Numbered from the stretch's first letter, positions 1 to 11,027 are shown. The stretch: 31,817 nt of DNA from Candidatus Omnitrophota bacterium (GCA_023819625.1 JAMWCK010000001.1:1-31817); one strand, 5' to 3'. Program-made: numbers and translations. Notes: generated by a model not told the origin, from the sequence alone.

Positions 1-3000
1 AGTAGGCTATCCGCATTGTTAGATATGAATTTGAGGGATTTAGAGAAGGTCATTTACTATGAAGAATATGTCGTCGTTGATCCTGGTAGCACGCCCTTAA
101 AGAAAAAAGAATTACTTAGCGAAGAAGAATATCAAGAGGCACTGAATAAATATGGAGCGAATTTTAAGGCAAAGATTGGCGGCGAGGCAATTTTAGATTT
201 ATTAAAGGAATTAGACTTAGATACTTATTGTCGGAAATTGCGTCGTGATTTAGAAAGGTCAAAGGAAACTTTGACCAACCGTCGCTCCTTAAAGATATTA
301 AAGATTGTAGAAGATTTTAAGAAATCAGGTAATAAGCCTGAATGGATGGTCTTGCAGGTACTGCCGGTAATTCCACCGGATTTAAGGCCACTCGTTCCTT
401 TAGACGGAGGAAGATTTGCCACTTCAGATTTGAATGATTTATACCGCCGGGTAATTAACCGAAATAATCGCTTAAAAAAGCTTGTTGAATTAAATGCGCC
501 AGAAATTATCATCCGTAACGAAAAACGGATGTTACAGGAAGCAGTGGACGCGCTTTTGGATAATGGTCGGCACGGTCGTCCGGTAATGGGCGCGAATAAT
601 CGTCCCCTAAAATCTCTTTCCGATATGCTTAAGGGAAAACAGGGTAGATTTCGCCAGAATCTTTTAGGCAAACGCGTAGACTATTCCGGTCGCTCGGTGA
701 TTGTGGTTGGTCCAGAGTTGAAGCTCCATGAGTGCGGGCTACCTAAACAAATGGCCCTAGAATTATTTGAGCCATTTATCATCAAGAAATTGCGGGAAAA
801 AGGGTTTGTGCATACGATTAAAGGTGCCCGCCGAATGGTTGAACGCGGCAAAATCGAGGTCTGGGATATTTTAGATGAGGTAATTAAGGATCATCCGGTT
901 TTGTTAAACCGTGCACCCACCTTGCATAGATTAGGGATTCAGGCGTTTCAACCCGTTTTAATTGAAGGTAAATCTATAAAGATTCATCCTTTGGTCTGTA
1001 CCGCCTTTAATGCCGATTTTGATGGTGACCAGATGGCCGTCCATGTACCTTTATCTTTAGAGTCACAACTTGAGGCGAAGATTTTAATGCTTTCTGTAAA
1101 TAATATCTTTTCTCCGGCTAATGGCCGGCCGATTGTTACTCCTACCCAGGACATTGTCTTAGGTCTTTCCTATATTTCTAAAGAAAGGCCGGGGGCAAAA
1201 GGAGAAAATATGCTCTTTGCTAATTCCGAAGAGGTCCTGGTGGCTTATGAGGATAAGGTTGTAGATTTGCATACACGGATTAGATTAAGGATAGATTCTT
1301 TGTTTGATCTTGAAGAGAAAAGGGTAATTAATGAGAAAAAAATTATTTCTACTACCGTTGGCCGCGTTATCTTTAATCAGGTTTTACCTAAAGATTTTGG
1401 CTTTGTGAATAAAGAGTTGAATAAAAATATAGTTGGCGATATCGTTACCGAATGTTATAAGCGCTTTGGTCATAGCCGGACCATTCAGTTATTAGATGAC
1501 ATTAAAAAAATGGGATTTGAATTGGCTACCCAAGGGGGGATCTCCATCGCCGTTGATGATTTAACCATCCCCAAAGAGAAAGAAGAGGTTTTAAGTGAGG
1601 CCAGACGAGAAGTGAATAAGGTTGAAGAACAGTATCGCCGGGGAATTATTACAGATTCAGAACGGAAATCCAAAGTTATTGATATCTGGACACACGCGAC
1701 AGATAAAATCTCGGATTTATTGTTTAAGAGTATGTCGCCTTTTAACCCAATCTTTATGATGGCCGATTCCGGAGCACGGGGCTCTCGACTTCAAGTTAGG
1801 CAGTTAGCCGGGATGCGCGGTTTGATGGCCAAGCCATCAGGGGAAATTATTGAAAGCCCAATTACCGCTAATTTTAGAGAAGGTTTGACCGTTTTGGAAT
1901 ACTTTATTTCTACTCACGGCGCACGGAAGGGTTTGGCAGATACGGCCTTAAAAACTGCAGATGCCGGATATTTAACCCGCCGACTGGTGGATGTAGCACA
2001 AGAGGTAATTATTACAGAAGAGGACTGCGGTACACTTAATGGGATTACGGTTTCGGCAATTATTGAGGGCGATGAGGTAGTGGTTTCACTGAAGGACCGT
2101 ATTGTCGGTCGTGTGGCCCTGGATAATATTGTTGATATTATTACTGATGAAGTAGTGGTTCAACAGGGTGAGGAAATTACTGCCCAGAAGGCGGATATGA
2201 TTGAGCGTTTAGGGATTGAGAAGATTCGTATTCGTAGTGTCCTAACCTGCGAGTCTAGCCGCGGGGTTTGTAGTAAGTGTTATGGCCGGAACCTCGCTAC
2301 AGGAAGAATGGTAGAAGTGGGTGAGGCAGTAGGGGTAATTGCCGCACAGAGTATTGGTGAGCCCGGAACGCAATTAACCATGCGCACCTTTCACATTGGT
2401 GGCACAGCGTTTAGAAGAGTAGAACAGTCTTTCTTAAAATCAAAGAACAAAGGAATAATTAAGTATCATAATTTAAGGGTGGTAGAAAGAAGGAAGGAAT
2501 TTATCGTCCTGAACCGTAATGGTTCAATTAGCATTAACGACAAGCAGGGAAGAGAACTTGAGCGGTATCCGGTTTCACAAGGGGCAACCATCAGTTTTGC
2601 CGATGGAAGCCAGATAGATAAAGACGTAGTTTTTGTCCGCTGGGATCCTTACACCTCACCGATTCTTACCGAAGTTTCTGGTCAGGTAAAGTATGAAGAC
2701 CTAAGGGAGGGCATTACCGTAAAAGAAGAAATGAATGCCGTTACCAAGCTTGTTGAGCGCGTGGTGGTGGAGCATAAACAGGAATATCATCCCCAGATAA
2801 TTATTTTGGATGAAAATAAAGAGGTTCTAGGAATCTATCCTATTCCTGTTGGGGCACACATTTTGGTTAAGGATGGAGATACGGTAGGTGCAGGAGAACT
2901 GCTGGCTAAAATTCCCCGTTTGGTGATTAAGACCAGGGATATTACCGGCGGTCTTCCACGGGTTGCAGAATTATTTGAGGCCCGCAGGCCCAAGGAACCG

Positions 3001-3675
3001 GCAATTATCAGTGAGATTGATGGTTATGTAGAGTTTGGTGAGACCAAGAAGGGTCAGCGCGTAATTATCGTTAGGTCACCGACGGGTATGCAAAGAGAAT
3101 ATGTTATACCCCACGGTAAACACCCTAATGTCTATAAAGGTGATAAGGTATTTGCCGGCCAACAGTTAACTGATGGACCGGTAGTTTTACAGGATATCTT
3201 AAGGGTTTGCGGTGACAAGGCGTTACAGGAATATTTAGTAAATGAAATTCAGGAGGTTTATCGTCTCCAAGGCGTAGATATTAATGATAAACACATTGAG
3301 TTAATTATCCGGCAGATGTTAAGAAAGGTTCGTGTGGAAGATCCGGGAGATACAGATTTTCTGGTGATGCAGCAGGTGGATAAATGGAAGTTTCAAAAGG
3401 AAAATGCGCGGGTAATTAAGAAAGGTGGAAGACCTGCGCAGGCTGCACCTTTGTTGTTGGGGATCACCCGGGCCTCCCTGGCCACTGAGAGTTTCATTTC
3501 TGCGGCAAGCTTTCAGGAGACGACGCGGGTGCTTACTGAGGCTGCAGCTTCGGGTAAGCGCGATGAATTATTTGGATTAAAAGAAAATGTAATTGTCGGA
3601 CACCTTATTCCCGCAGGAACAGGTTTTCGCGGCCATCGGGAAATCGAGGTGCTAAAGGTAGAAGAAAATAAATAA
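1..3675 (+). CDS. rpoC: DNA-directed RNA polymerase beta' subunit (5'-truncated by window edge)
   Basis: NADFDGD catalytic motif, [52 protein letters not shown]. The frame is open from base 1 ([11 protein letters not shown]...), so the track's start at 16 is not the real start. Confidence 0.99.
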   Translation, partial: SRLSALLDMNLRDLEKVIYYEEYVVVDPGSTPLKKKELLSEEEYQEALNKYGANFKAKIGGEAILDLLKELDLDTYCRKLRRDLERSKETLTNRRSLKILKIVEDFKKSGNKPEWMVLQVLPVIPPDLRPLVPLDGGRFATSDLNDLYRRVINRNNRLKKLVELNAPEIIIRNEKRMLQEAVDALLDNGRHGRPVMGANNRPLKSLSDMLKGKQGRFRQNLLGKRVDYSGRSVIVVGPELKLHECGLPKQMALELFEPFIIKKLREKGFVHTIKGARRMVERGKIEVWDILDEVIKDHPVLLNRAPTLHRLGIQAFQPVLIEGKSIKIHPLVCTAFNADFDGDQMAVHVPLSLESQLEAKILMLSVNNIFSPANGRPIVTPTQDIVLGLSYISKERPGAKGENMLFANSEEVLVAYEDKVVDLHTRIRLRIDSLFDLEEKRVINEKKIISTTVGRVIFNQVLPKDFGFVNKELNKNIVGDIVTECYKRFGHSRTIQLLDDIKKMGFELATQGGISIAVDDLTIPKEKEEVLSEARREVNKVEEQYRRGIITDSERKSKVIDIWTHATDKISDLLFKSMSPFNPIFMMADSGARGSRLQVRQLAGMRGLMAKPSGEIIESPITANFREGLTVLEYFISTHGARKGLADTALKTADAGYLTRRLVDVAQEVIITEEDCGTLNGITVSAIIEGDEVVVSLKDRIVGRVALDNIVDIITDEVVVQQGEEITAQKADMIERLGIEKIRIRSVLTCESSRGVCSKCYGRNLATGRMVEVGEAVGVIAAQSIGEPGTQLTMRTFHIGGTAFRRVEQSFLKSKNKGIIKYHNLRVVERRKEFIVLNRNGSISINDKQGRELERYPVSQGATISFADGSQIDKDVVFVRWDPYTSPILTEVSGQVKYEDLREGITVKEEMNAVTKLVERVVVEHKQEYHPQIIILDENKEVLGIYPIPVGAHILVKDGDTVGAGELLAKIPRLVIKTRDITGGLPRVAELFEARRPKEPAIISEIDGYVEFGETKKGQRVIIVRSPTGMQREYVIPHGKHPNVYKGDKVFAGQQLTDGPVVLQDILRVCGDKALQEYLVNEIQEVYRLQGVDINDKHIELIIRQMLRKVRVEDPGDTDFLVMQQVDKWKFQKENARVIKKGGRPAQAAPLLLGITRASLATESFISAASFQETTRVLTEAAASGKRDELFGLKENVIVGHLIPAGTGFRGHREIEVLKVEENK

Positions 3676-4047
3676 ATGCCTACAATTGCACAGTTAATCA
3701 GATTAGGCAGGGTTTCAAAGAGAAAAAAGAGTAAATCTCCGGCATTAAAGGGCTGTCCGCAGAGAAGAGGAGTGTGTCTACAGGTAAGGACAATGACTCC
3801 CAAAAAGCCAAACTCCGCATTAAGAAAGATTGCTCGGGTGAGGCTTACTACGGGAATTGAAGTTACTGCCTATATTCCGGGGGAGGGTCACAACTTACAG
3901 GAACATTCTATAGTTTTAGTTAGGGGTGGACGTGTAAAAGATTTACCCGGCGTAAGATATCATATTATCCGAGGGACACTGGATGCCGCCGGAGTAAATC
4001 AGCGTAAAAAATCACGTTCTAAATATGGGGCAAAGAGACCAAAATAA
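3676..4047 (+). CDS. rpsL: 30S ribosomal protein S12
   Basis: MPTIxQL start, [32 protein letters not shown]. Confidence 0.99.
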   Translation: MPTIAQLIRLGRVSKRKKSKSPALKGCPQRRGVCLQVRTMTPKKPNSALRKIARVRLTTGIEVTAYIPGEGHNLQEHSIVLVRGGRVKDLPGVRYHIIRGTLDAAGVNQRKKSRSKYGAKRPK

Positions 4048-4082
4048 GACTTCTTTAGGTAAGCTTAAAGAAGCAAACTAAA

Positions 4083-4553
4083 ATGAGAAGAAGAAGGGCA
4101 CAACCTAGAGAAATTTTACCCGATCCAAAATTTAACAACAAGTTGGTTGCTAAATTTATTAATATGGTTATGCGCGAAGGCAAGAAATCTATTGCGGAAA
4201 AAATTGTTTATGGCGCATTTGATATAGTTAAGAAGCAGTTAAATGAGCCGGATGTCTTAAAGGTCTTTCATAAGGCAATAGATAATGCCCGACCACGCCT
4301 TGAACTTAAGCCGCGTCGCGTTGGCGGTGCTACTTATCAGATTCCTGTGGAGGTCAAGCAGGAGCGCGGGACTTCGATTGCCCTTCGCTGGATACGGGAT
4401 TTTGCCCGAAATAAAAAAGGAAAGCCTATGCAGGTAAAATTAGCCGAAGAAATTATTGCGGCCTATAAAGCTGAAGGGTTAGCAATTAAGAAGCGTGACG
4501 ATACACATAAGATGGCAGAGGCAAACCGGGCATTTGCGCATTTGCGGTGGTAA
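4083..4553 (+). CDS. rpsG: 30S ribosomal protein S7
   Basis: [37 protein letters not shown]; str operon position. Confidence 0.99.
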   Translation: MRRRRAQPREILPDPKFNNKLVAKFINMVMREGKKSIAEKIVYGAFDIVKKQLNEPDVLKVFHKAIDNARPRLELKPRRVGGATYQIPVEVKQERGTSIALRWIRDFARNKKGKPMQVKLAEEIIAAYKAEGLAIKKRDDTHKMAEANRAFAHLRW

Positions 4554-4554
4554 A

Positions 4555-6630
4555 ATGAGAAATATTCGTTTAGATAAAATCAGAAATATTGGAATTATTG
4601 CCCATATTGATGCGGGAAAGACCACAACCACTGAACGTATACTCTACTATACAGGTAAGACCTATAAAATGGGTGAAGTGGATGAGGGGACCGCTACGAT
4701 GGATTGGATGATCCAAGAGCAGGAAAGGGGGATTACGATTACTGCTGCCTGTACTACCTGTCGTTGGCGCGATTTTAATATTAACATTATTGATACGCCG
4801 GGTCATGTAGATTTTACCGTAGAGGTGGAGAGGTCACTAAAGGTTTTAGATGGGGCGGTGGTTATTTTTTGCGGAGTAGGTGGGGTGGAGTCGCAGTCAG
4901 AAACGGTCTGGCGACAGGCAGAACGTTATAATGTTCCCCGTATTGCCTTTGTGAATAAATTAGACCGCATAGGTAGCGATTTTCTGGATGTGGTAAAGCA
5001 GATGCAGGAAAAACTTGGGGCAAATGCCACTCCTCTACAGTTACCCTTTGGCCGGGAAGAAAATTTTAAGGGAATCATTGATTTAATTGAAGAAAAGTTA
5101 ATTTTATATAAAGATGATTTAGGGAAAGAATTAGAGCTAAATAAAGTACCTGCGGAATATCAAGTAGAAGTCAATAAATATCGCAATTATCTTCTGGAAA
5201 GATTAGCCGATGTAGACGAAAAGATAATGGAGAAATTCTTGGGGGCAAAGGAAATTACCGGCGAGGAAGTAAAGAAGGCGATAAGAAGAACAACTATTGC
5301 CAATCGTTTTGTCCCGGTACTCTGTGGTTCGGCATTGCGCAATAAGGGAATCCAGTTATTATTGGATGCGATCTGTGATTATCTGCCGTCTCCTGAGGAT
5401 TTGCCTCCTATAAAAGGCAGCAATCCTCAAAGCGGAGAATATGAAGAGATTTTGCCTAGAGATGAGGCGCCCTTTTGTGCCCTTTGTTTTAAGGTGGCAG
5501 GCGATCCTTATGTAGGGAAATTGAATTATATCCGGGTTTATTGCGGAACTTTAAGAACAGGCAGCTATGTTTATAATTCCCGAAAAAGAGAAAAAGAGCG
5601 CGTCATAAAACTCCTTAAGATGCACGCCAATCACCAGGAGATTATTGACGAGGTCTCTACTGGTGATATTGCTGCCGTCGTCGGCCTAAAAGAAACGCGA
5701 ACTGGCGATACACTCTGCGAAGAGTCTTATCCTATTTTAATCGAAGAAATTCATTTCCCTGAACCCGTAATTCAACAGGCAATTGAACCTTTGACTAAAC
5801 AGGACCAGGAAAAATTAAGTCTGGCCTTGCATAAATTAGAAGAAGAGGATCCAACTTTTAAGGTAAGCTACAACCAGGATACAGGTCAAACAATAATTTC
5901 GGGAATGGGACAACTTCACTTAGAGATAGCCATTGACCGAATTATGCGCGAGTTTAAGGTGGCCGCTAGAATTGGTTTACCCCAGGTGGCTTACCGCGAG
6001 ACAATTACTAAAAAAGTTATTTCTACAGGAAAATTCATCCAACAGACCGGTGGCCATGGTCAATATGGTCATGTGGTATTGGAGATGGAGCCACAGGAAG
6101 TTCCGGGAACAGGAATTACTTTCAGGGAAAAGATTAAAGGTGGAGTTATTCCCCGGGAATTTATTCCCGCAGTAAAAGAGGGAGTTTTTGGCGCAGCTAA
6201 AAGCGGATGTTTGGCAGGCTATCCAGTTACGGACGTCAAGGTAACTTTAATTGACGGCTCATTTCATGAGGTAGATTCTTCTGAGATGAGCTTTCAGATG
6301 GCAGCAGCGATTGCCTTTAATGATGGCTTAAAGAAGGCCCAGCCAATTTTATTAGAGCCGATTATGGATATAGAGATTGTTGTTCCGCAAGAATATCTTG
6401 GACAGATTGTTGGTGATTTAAATGTCCGGCGTGCCAAGATTACCGCTATTGGTCAAAGGGGGAATGTGCGCACGGTTAGAGCCTATGTGCCCTTGGCGGA
6501 GGTTTTTAATTATGCCACCACATTGCGTTCTTTAACCCAGGGCCGGGCATCCTATACAATGGAGCCCTCGTATTATCAAGAGGTGCCTTTAAATATAGCG
6601 CAGAATATTATCTTGGTTAAAGTTACCTAA
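4555..6630 (+). CDS. fusA: Elongation factor G (691 aa from ATG 4555)
   Basis: [37 protein letters not shown]. The likely start is ATG 4555, one base after the rpsG stop; the track's start at 4495 lies inside rpsG. Confidence 0.98.
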   Translation: MRNIRLDKIRNIGIIAHIDAGKTTTTERILYYTGKTYKMGEVDEGTATMDWMIQEQERGITITAACTTCRWRDFNINIIDTPGHVDFTVEVERSLKVLDGAVVIFCGVGGVESQSETVWRQAERYNVPRIAFVNKLDRIGSDFLDVVKQMQEKLGANATPLQLPFGREENFKGIIDLIEEKLILYKDDLGKELELNKVPAEYQVEVNKYRNYLLERLADVDEKIMEKFLGAKEITGEEVKKAIRRTTIANRFVPVLCGSALRNKGIQLLLDAICDYLPSPEDLPPIKGSNPQSGEYEEILPRDEAPFCALCFKVAGDPYVGKLNYIRVYCGTLRTGSYVYNSRKREKERVIKLLKMHANHQEIIDEVSTGDIAAVVGLKETRTGDTLCEESYPILIEEIHFPEPVIQQAIEPLTKQDQEKLSLALHKLEEEDPTFKVSYNQDTGQTIISGMGQLHLEIAIDRIMREFKVAARIGLPQVAYRETITKKVISTGKFIQQTGGHGQYGHVVLEMEPQEVPGTGITFREKIKGGVIPREFIPAVKEGVFGAAKSGCLAGYPVTDVKVTLIDGSFHEVDSSEMSFQMAAAIAFNDGLKKAQPILLEPIMDIEIVVPQEYLGQIVGDLNVRRAKITAIGQRGNVRTVRAYVPLAEVFNYATTLRSLTQGRASYTMEPSYYQEVPLNIAQNIILVKVT

Positions 6631-6678
6631 AGGTTATGCACATTAGAATTATTAACCTTTGAAAGGGAGGTGGCTTAA

Positions 6679-7893
6679 ATGGCAAAAGAAAAATTTGTAA
6701 GAAGTAAACCACACGTAAACATCGGAACCATTGGCCATATTGACCACGGAAAGACACTACTTACCTCTGCGATTACCCATGTTTTAGCGAAGATGGGTAA
6801 GGCTCAACCCCGTGAATATGCAGATATTGCTAAAGGCGGTGCAGTAAGGGATGAATCAAAGATTTTAACCATTTCTGTGGCGCATGTGGAATACGAAACC
6901 GATAATCGGCATTACGCCCATATTGACTGCCCAGGGCATGCCGACTATATCAAAAACATGATTACGGGTGCCGCGCAGATGGATGGGGCAATATTGGTAG
7001 TTTCTGCTGCGGATGGCCCTATGCCCCAGACGCGTGAGCATATTCTCTTGGCCAAACAGGTGAATGTTCCCGCAATGGTTGTGTTTTTAAACAAGATTGA
7101 TGTTGTCTCGGATAAAGAGCTCATTGACCTCGTTGAGATGGAAGTTAGAGAATTGTTGAGTAAATATGATTTTCCCGCAGATAAGACTCCGGTTATCCGG
7201 GGGAGCGCCTTAAAGGCCCTGCAGGCAATTCAATCTTCAGGTGATCCGAAGCATCCGGATTGTCAGCCGATTCATGATTTGATGAAGGCAGTAGATGAGT
7301 TTATACCTATTCCCATAAGAGATTTAGATAAACCGTTTCTTATGGCCGTAGAAGATGTCTTTAGCATTGAAGGAAGGGGAACTGTAGGGACAGGAAGAAT
7401 AGAGCGGGGAAGGGTAAAACTTAATGACGAGGTAGAATTAGTGGGTTTAAGGCCTGAGCCAAAGAAGACGGTTGTTACCGGTATCGAGATGTTCCGTAAG
7501 ACCCTTGACGAAGGCCAGGCAGGTGATAACGTGGGTCTTCTTTTGCGTGGTGTGGAGAAGGATGAAATTGAACGCGGGATGGTTATTGCCGCGCCAAAGA
7601 CCATTACTCCCCATACCAAATTTAAGGCTCAGGTTTATATTTTGACCAAAGAGGAGGGTGGTCGACATACGCCTTTCTTTACGGGTTATCGACCACAATT
7701 TTATTTCCGCACCACGGATGTTACCGGGTCAGTAAAATTACCCCAGGCAGTAGAAATGGTTATGCCCGGAGATAATGTTAATCTGGAAATAGAATTAATT
7801 ACACCGATTGCGATGGAAAAGGAATCACGCTTTGCCATTCGTGAAGGTGGACATACCGTTGGCGCAGGAGTGGTTACGGAAATAATCGCCTAA
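6679..7893 (+). CDS. tuf: Elongation factor Tu (atypical switch I region)
   Basis: [36 protein letters not shown]; strong SD GGAGGTG at 6666-6672. Confidence 0.99.
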   Translation: MAKEKFVRSKPHVNIGTIGHIDHGKTLLTSAITHVLAKMGKAQPREYADIAKGGAVRDESKILTISVAHVEYETDNRHYAHIDCPGHADYIKNMITGAAQMDGAILVVSAADGPMPQTREHILLAKQVNVPAMVVFLNKIDVVSDKELIDLVEMEVRELLSKYDFPADKTPVIRGSALKALQAIQSSGDPKHPDCQPIHDLMKAVDEFIPIPIRDLDKPFLMAVEDVFSIEGRGTVGTGRIERGRVKLNDEVELVGLRPEPKKTVVTGIEMFRKTLDEGQAGDNVGLLLRGVEKDEIERGMVIAAPKTITPHTKFKAQVYILTKEEGGRHTPFFTGYRPQFYFRTTDVTGSVKLPQAVEMVMPGDNVNLEIELITPIAMEKESRFAIREGGHTVGAGVVTEIIA

Positions 7894-7984
7894 GCGTTAA
7901 TTTCGTTAGTCTCGTTCGGGGTCTGTTATTTTCGTTGCCGTGCGGTAATTGCGAACAAGACGAACAAAACGAACTTTAGCGAAC
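7894..7984. repeat. Intergenic 9-nt-period repeat element (CGTT units then CGAAC units), foldable as a long imperfect hairpin
   Basis: CGTT at 7895, 7904, 7913, 7933 (TGTT at 7924); CGAAC at 7952, 7961, 7970, 7980. Confidence 0.8.
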
Positions 7985-8284
7985 ATGCAGAAAATAAGAA
8001 TTAGATTAAAGGCCTATGAGCATCGTTTATTAGATCAGGTAGTAGCCGAGATTGTAGAGACGGTGAGGCGCACGGGGGCAGTAATTTCCGGCCCCGTGCC
8101 ACTTCCTACAAAGCGCGAGATTTATACTGTCCTGCGTTCTCCGGTGATTGACAAAAAGTCACGTGAACAGTTTGAATTAGCAACACACAAACGCTTGATT
8201 GATATTATTGAACCAACATCTAAAACTATTGATGCCTTGCGGAAATTAAATTTACCTGCAGGCGTAGATGTAGAGATAAAGTAA
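7985..8284 (+). CDS. rpsJ: 30S ribosomal protein S10
   Basis: [38 protein letters not shown]. Start taken at ATG 7985; the track's upstream extension is just the repeat element read in frame. Confidence 0.98.
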   Translation: MQKIRIRLKAYEHRLLDQVVAEIVETVRRTGAVISGPVPLPTKREIYTVLRSPVIDKKSREQFELATHKRLIDIIEPTSKTIDALRKLNLPAGVDVEIK

Positions 8285-8301
8285 GGTAAGGCGCATTAAA
8301 A

Positions 8302-8913
8302 ATGGCAGCGATTTTAGGTAAGAAGATAGGGATGATGCAAGTCTTTGGCGATGATGGAGAATTATTACCGGTAACGGTAATTGAAGCCGGACCGTGCTGG
8401 GTTTTGGCAGTAAAGGAAAAAAGTATACAGCTTGGTTTTGATCCTCAACCGCAAAAGAAGACCAAACGTCCCTTAGCCGGTTATTTTAAAAAAATAAACC
8501 TTGCGCCGGTAAAATTTATCCGTGAGGTAAAAAGAGATCCGGATAAGGAAATTAAGGTGGGCGACCAGATCGCGGTAGATATTTTTAAATCCGGTGATTT
8601 CGTAGATGTAACAGGTATCTCCAAAGGTAAAGGTTTTCAGGGTGGAATGAAACGTTGGGGTTGGCATGGAGGACCAAAGACGCACGGTTCAATGTCACAT
8701 CGGCGTATTGGTTCAGTTGGTTCAACTACTACCCCGGGTAGGGTCTTAAAAGGCCATCACTTACCAGGACATATGGGTGTAGAGCGGATTACACTGCAGA
8801 ACCTAAAGGTGGTAAAGGTAAATCCAGAGCATAATCTTATCTTAATAAAAGGTGCGGTTCCGGGACATAAGAATAGTTATCTGGTGATTAGTAAGGCAAA
8901 AAAGAAGGGATAA
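8302..8913 (+). CDS. rplC: 50S ribosomal protein L3
   Basis: ILGKKIGMMQVF, PVTVIEAGP, SKGKGFQG, GHMG, KGAVPG. Confidence 0.99.
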   Translation: MAAILGKKIGMMQVFGDDGELLPVTVIEAGPCWVLAVKEKSIQLGFDPQPQKKTKRPLAGYFKKINLAPVKFIREVKRDPDKEIKVGDQIAVDIFKSGDFVDVTGISKGKGFQGGMKRWGWHGGPKTHGSMSHRRIGSVGSTTTPGRVLKGHHLPGHMGVERITLQNLKVVKVNPEHNLILIKGAVPGHKNSYLVISKAKKKG

Positions 8914-8916
8914 TAA

Positions 8917-9549
8917 ATGGAAGTTTTCAGTTTACCCGTATATAATCTCGACGGTAAAGAAATAGATACATTAAAGTTAGACTCTACAGTCTTTGATGGT
9001 ACAATTAACCATCCATCACTATATCAGGCAGTTTGTGCATTTTTGGCTAATCAGAGAAGGGGTCTTGCTTCTTGTAAGACGCGGGGAGAGGTTTCCGGTG
9101 GCGGCCGTAAGCCATGGCGACAAAAGGGAACAGGACGCGCACGCGTAGGCTCGATCCGTTCACCCTTGTGGCGGCATGGAGGAGTAATTTTTGGACCGCA
9201 CCCGAGAGATTTTTCTTTTCGTTTACCCGAGAAGATAAAAAGACTGGCTTTGAAATCTAGTCTTAATGCTAAGGTAAAAGAAAATAATTTCCTCGTTTTG
9301 GATAAATTCGTAATAGAAAAATCAAAGACGAAAGAGGCAGTAGGGATTTTTAATCGCTTAAAGATTAACGCAAAGACACTTTTATTGTTAGACAAGATAG
9401 ATGAAAACATAAAGCGGGCATTGCGCAATATTTCCTTTTTAGATTTTAACCTTGCTTATAATACACATGCCTATGAGATTTTAGCGCATAAAAAAATCAT
9501 AATTACGAAATTAGGTTTAGACCAGCTAGTTGGAAGATTGAAAAAATGA
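8917..9549 (+). CDS. rplD: 50S ribosomal protein L4
   Basis: KTRGEVSGGGRKPWRQKGTGRAR, GGVIFGP. Confidence 0.99.
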   Translation: MEVFSLPVYNLDGKEIDTLKLDSTVFDGTINHPSLYQAVCAFLANQRRGLASCKTRGEVSGGGRKPWRQKGTGRARVGSIRSPLWRHGGVIFGPHPRDFSFRLPEKIKRLALKSSLNAKVKENNFLVLDKFVIEKSKTKEAVGIFNRLKINAKTLLLLDKIDENIKRALRNISFLDFNLAYNTHAYEILAHKKIIITKLGLDQLVGRLKK

Positions 9550-9824
9550 TTACTTCTTATGATATAATTAAGGCCTTAATAAAAACTGAAAAGTCAACCC
9601 GAGGTGAACCTCAGGGTAAGTATTTATTTCTCGTTAACCCTGAGGCAAATAAATTACAAATAAAGCAGGCGGTAGAAGAGATCTATAAGGTAAAGGTAAA
9701 GGAGGTAAATACCTTTATTGCCTTAGGAAAATTGAAGCGCGTCAGGTATCAGTTAGGTATGACCCCAAAGACAAAGAAGGCAATTGTGACCCTTAAGGAA
9801 GGTAATAAAATAGAAACAAAATAA
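9546..9824 (+). CDS. rplW: 50S ribosomal protein L23
   Basis: TEKS, ANKLQIKQAVEEIYKVKV, KKAIVTL; ATGA overlap with rplD. Confidence 0.97.
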   Translation: MITSYDIIKALIKTEKSTRGEPQGKYLFLVNPEANKLQIKQAVEEIYKVKVKEVNTFIALGKLKRVRYQLGMTPKTKKAIVTLKEGNKIETK

Positions 9825-9870
9825 GCGTTAATCGCGTTATGCGCGTTTGGCGCGTTATAACGAACTGAAC
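9825..9870. repeat. Second 9-nt-period GCGTT repeat/hairpin element
   Basis: GCGTT at 9825, 9834, 9843, 9852 (exact period 9), then CGAAC/TGAAC. Shares the 11-mer TAAGCGTTAAT (stop codon included) with the tuf-rpsJ element. Confidence 0.8.
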
Positions 9871-9881
9871 AGGTTAAAAAA

Positions 9882-10715
9882 ATGGGTATTAAGAAATTTA
9901 AACCTACTACACCTTCACGGCGCTGGATGAGTGTGGCGGATTTTTCCGATCTGACTAAGAAAGAGCCGGAAAAATCACTTATTATTCCTCTAAAAAAGAC
10001 CGGCGGTAGGAATGTTTATGGTCGGATTACCGTGCGGCATATTGGTGGCGGGCATAAGCGACAGCTTCGCATCATTGATTTTAAGCGGGATTTGTTTGAA
10101 ATTCCGGCAGAGGTAAAGGCAATTGAATACGACCCCAATCGTTCTGCACGCATTGCCCTGGTTGAATATCCGGATAAACAAAAAAGATATATCTTAGCCC
10201 CCTTGGGTTTAAAAGTAGCTGATAAGGTAATTTCTTCTAATCAAAAGGATGTTGAAATAAAGCCGGGAAATAATTTACTTTTAAGGTATATTCCTCAAGG
10301 AACCTTAATCCATAATATTGAATTAAATAAAGGCAAGGGTGGACAGATTGTGCGTGCGGCAGGTAGTTCTGCACAGATTATGGCCAAGGAAGGGGAATTT
10401 GCTCATGTACGTCTTCCTTCAGGTGAAGTAAGATTAATAAGTTTAGATTGCCATGCCACAATAGGTCAGGTTGGCAATGTTGACCATGAGGCGATAAGTA
10501 TAGGAAAGGCAGGCAGGATGCGCTGGTTAGGCATAAGACCGACAGTGAGAGGTCTGGCAATGAATCCTGTGGATCATCCTCATGGTGGTGGTGAAGGGAA
10601 ATCCGGACAAGGCAATCCACATCCGGTTTCGCCCTGGGGAAAGCCAACTAAGGGTTATAAAACGCGTAGGCGTGGCAAATATTCAGATAAGTTTATTGTC
10701 AAACGAAGAAGGTAG
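9882..10715 (+). CDS. rplB: 50S ribosomal protein L2
   Basis: [36 protein letters not shown]. Confidence 0.99.
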   Translation: MGIKKFKPTTPSRRWMSVADFSDLTKKEPEKSLIIPLKKTGGRNVYGRITVRHIGGGHKRQLRIIDFKRDLFEIPAEVKAIEYDPNRSARIALVEYPDKQKRYILAPLGLKVADKVISSNQKDVEIKPGNNLLLRYIPQGTLIHNIELNKGKGGQIVRAAGSSAQIMAKEGEFAHVRLPSGEVRLISLDCHATIGQVGNVDHEAISIGKAGRMRWLGIRPTVRGLAMNPVDHPHGGGEGKSGQGNPHPVSPWGKPTKGYKTRRRGKYSDKFIVKRRR

Positions 10716-10720
10716 TTATT

Positions 10721-11008
10721 ATGGCACGCTCATTAAAGAAAGGTCCATTTGTAGACGAAAAATTAATAAAGAAGGCAGAAGCAGCCCGCAGGTCGGGATC
10801 ACGACAGGCAATTAAAACCTGGTGTCGTGCCTGTACAATTATTCCGGATTTCGTTGGTCTAACCTTTGCAGTATATGACGGAAGAAAACATATCCCCGTT
10901 TTTATTACCGAAAATATGGTGGGGCATAAATTAGGGGAGTTTGCTCCTACGCGGATCTTTAAGAAACACGGCGGAGTAAGGGCAAAAAAGGCCCCGGAAT
11001 TAACCTAA
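10721..11008 (+). CDS. rpsS: 30S ribosomal protein S19
   Basis: [23 protein letters not shown]. Confidence 0.99.
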   Translation: MARSLKKGPFVDEKLIKKAEAARRSGSRQAIKTWCRACTIIPDFVGLTFAVYDGRKHIPVFITENMVGHKLGEFAPTRIFKKHGGVRAKKAPELT

Positions 11009-11027
11009 ACAAAATAGGATTTTTCAT

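Noticed and set aside
2404-2937. ~178-aa insertion in the beta' trigger loop
   Set aside because: Matches the known SI3 (beta' i6) lineage-specific insertion; not novel.
4495-4554. 20-aa N-terminal extension of EF-G in the ORF track
   Set aside because: It overlaps the end of rpsG; ATG 4555 gives a normal EF-G N-terminus.
7949-7984. N-terminal extension [12 protein letters not shown] of S10
   Set aside because: It is the CGAAC repeat arm read in frame from a TTG; S10 homology starts at ATG 7985.
7894-9870. The 9-nt repeats as a CRISPR array or tRNA
   Set aside because: Units are too short, there are no unique spacers or cas genes, and no cloverleaf or T-loop motif.
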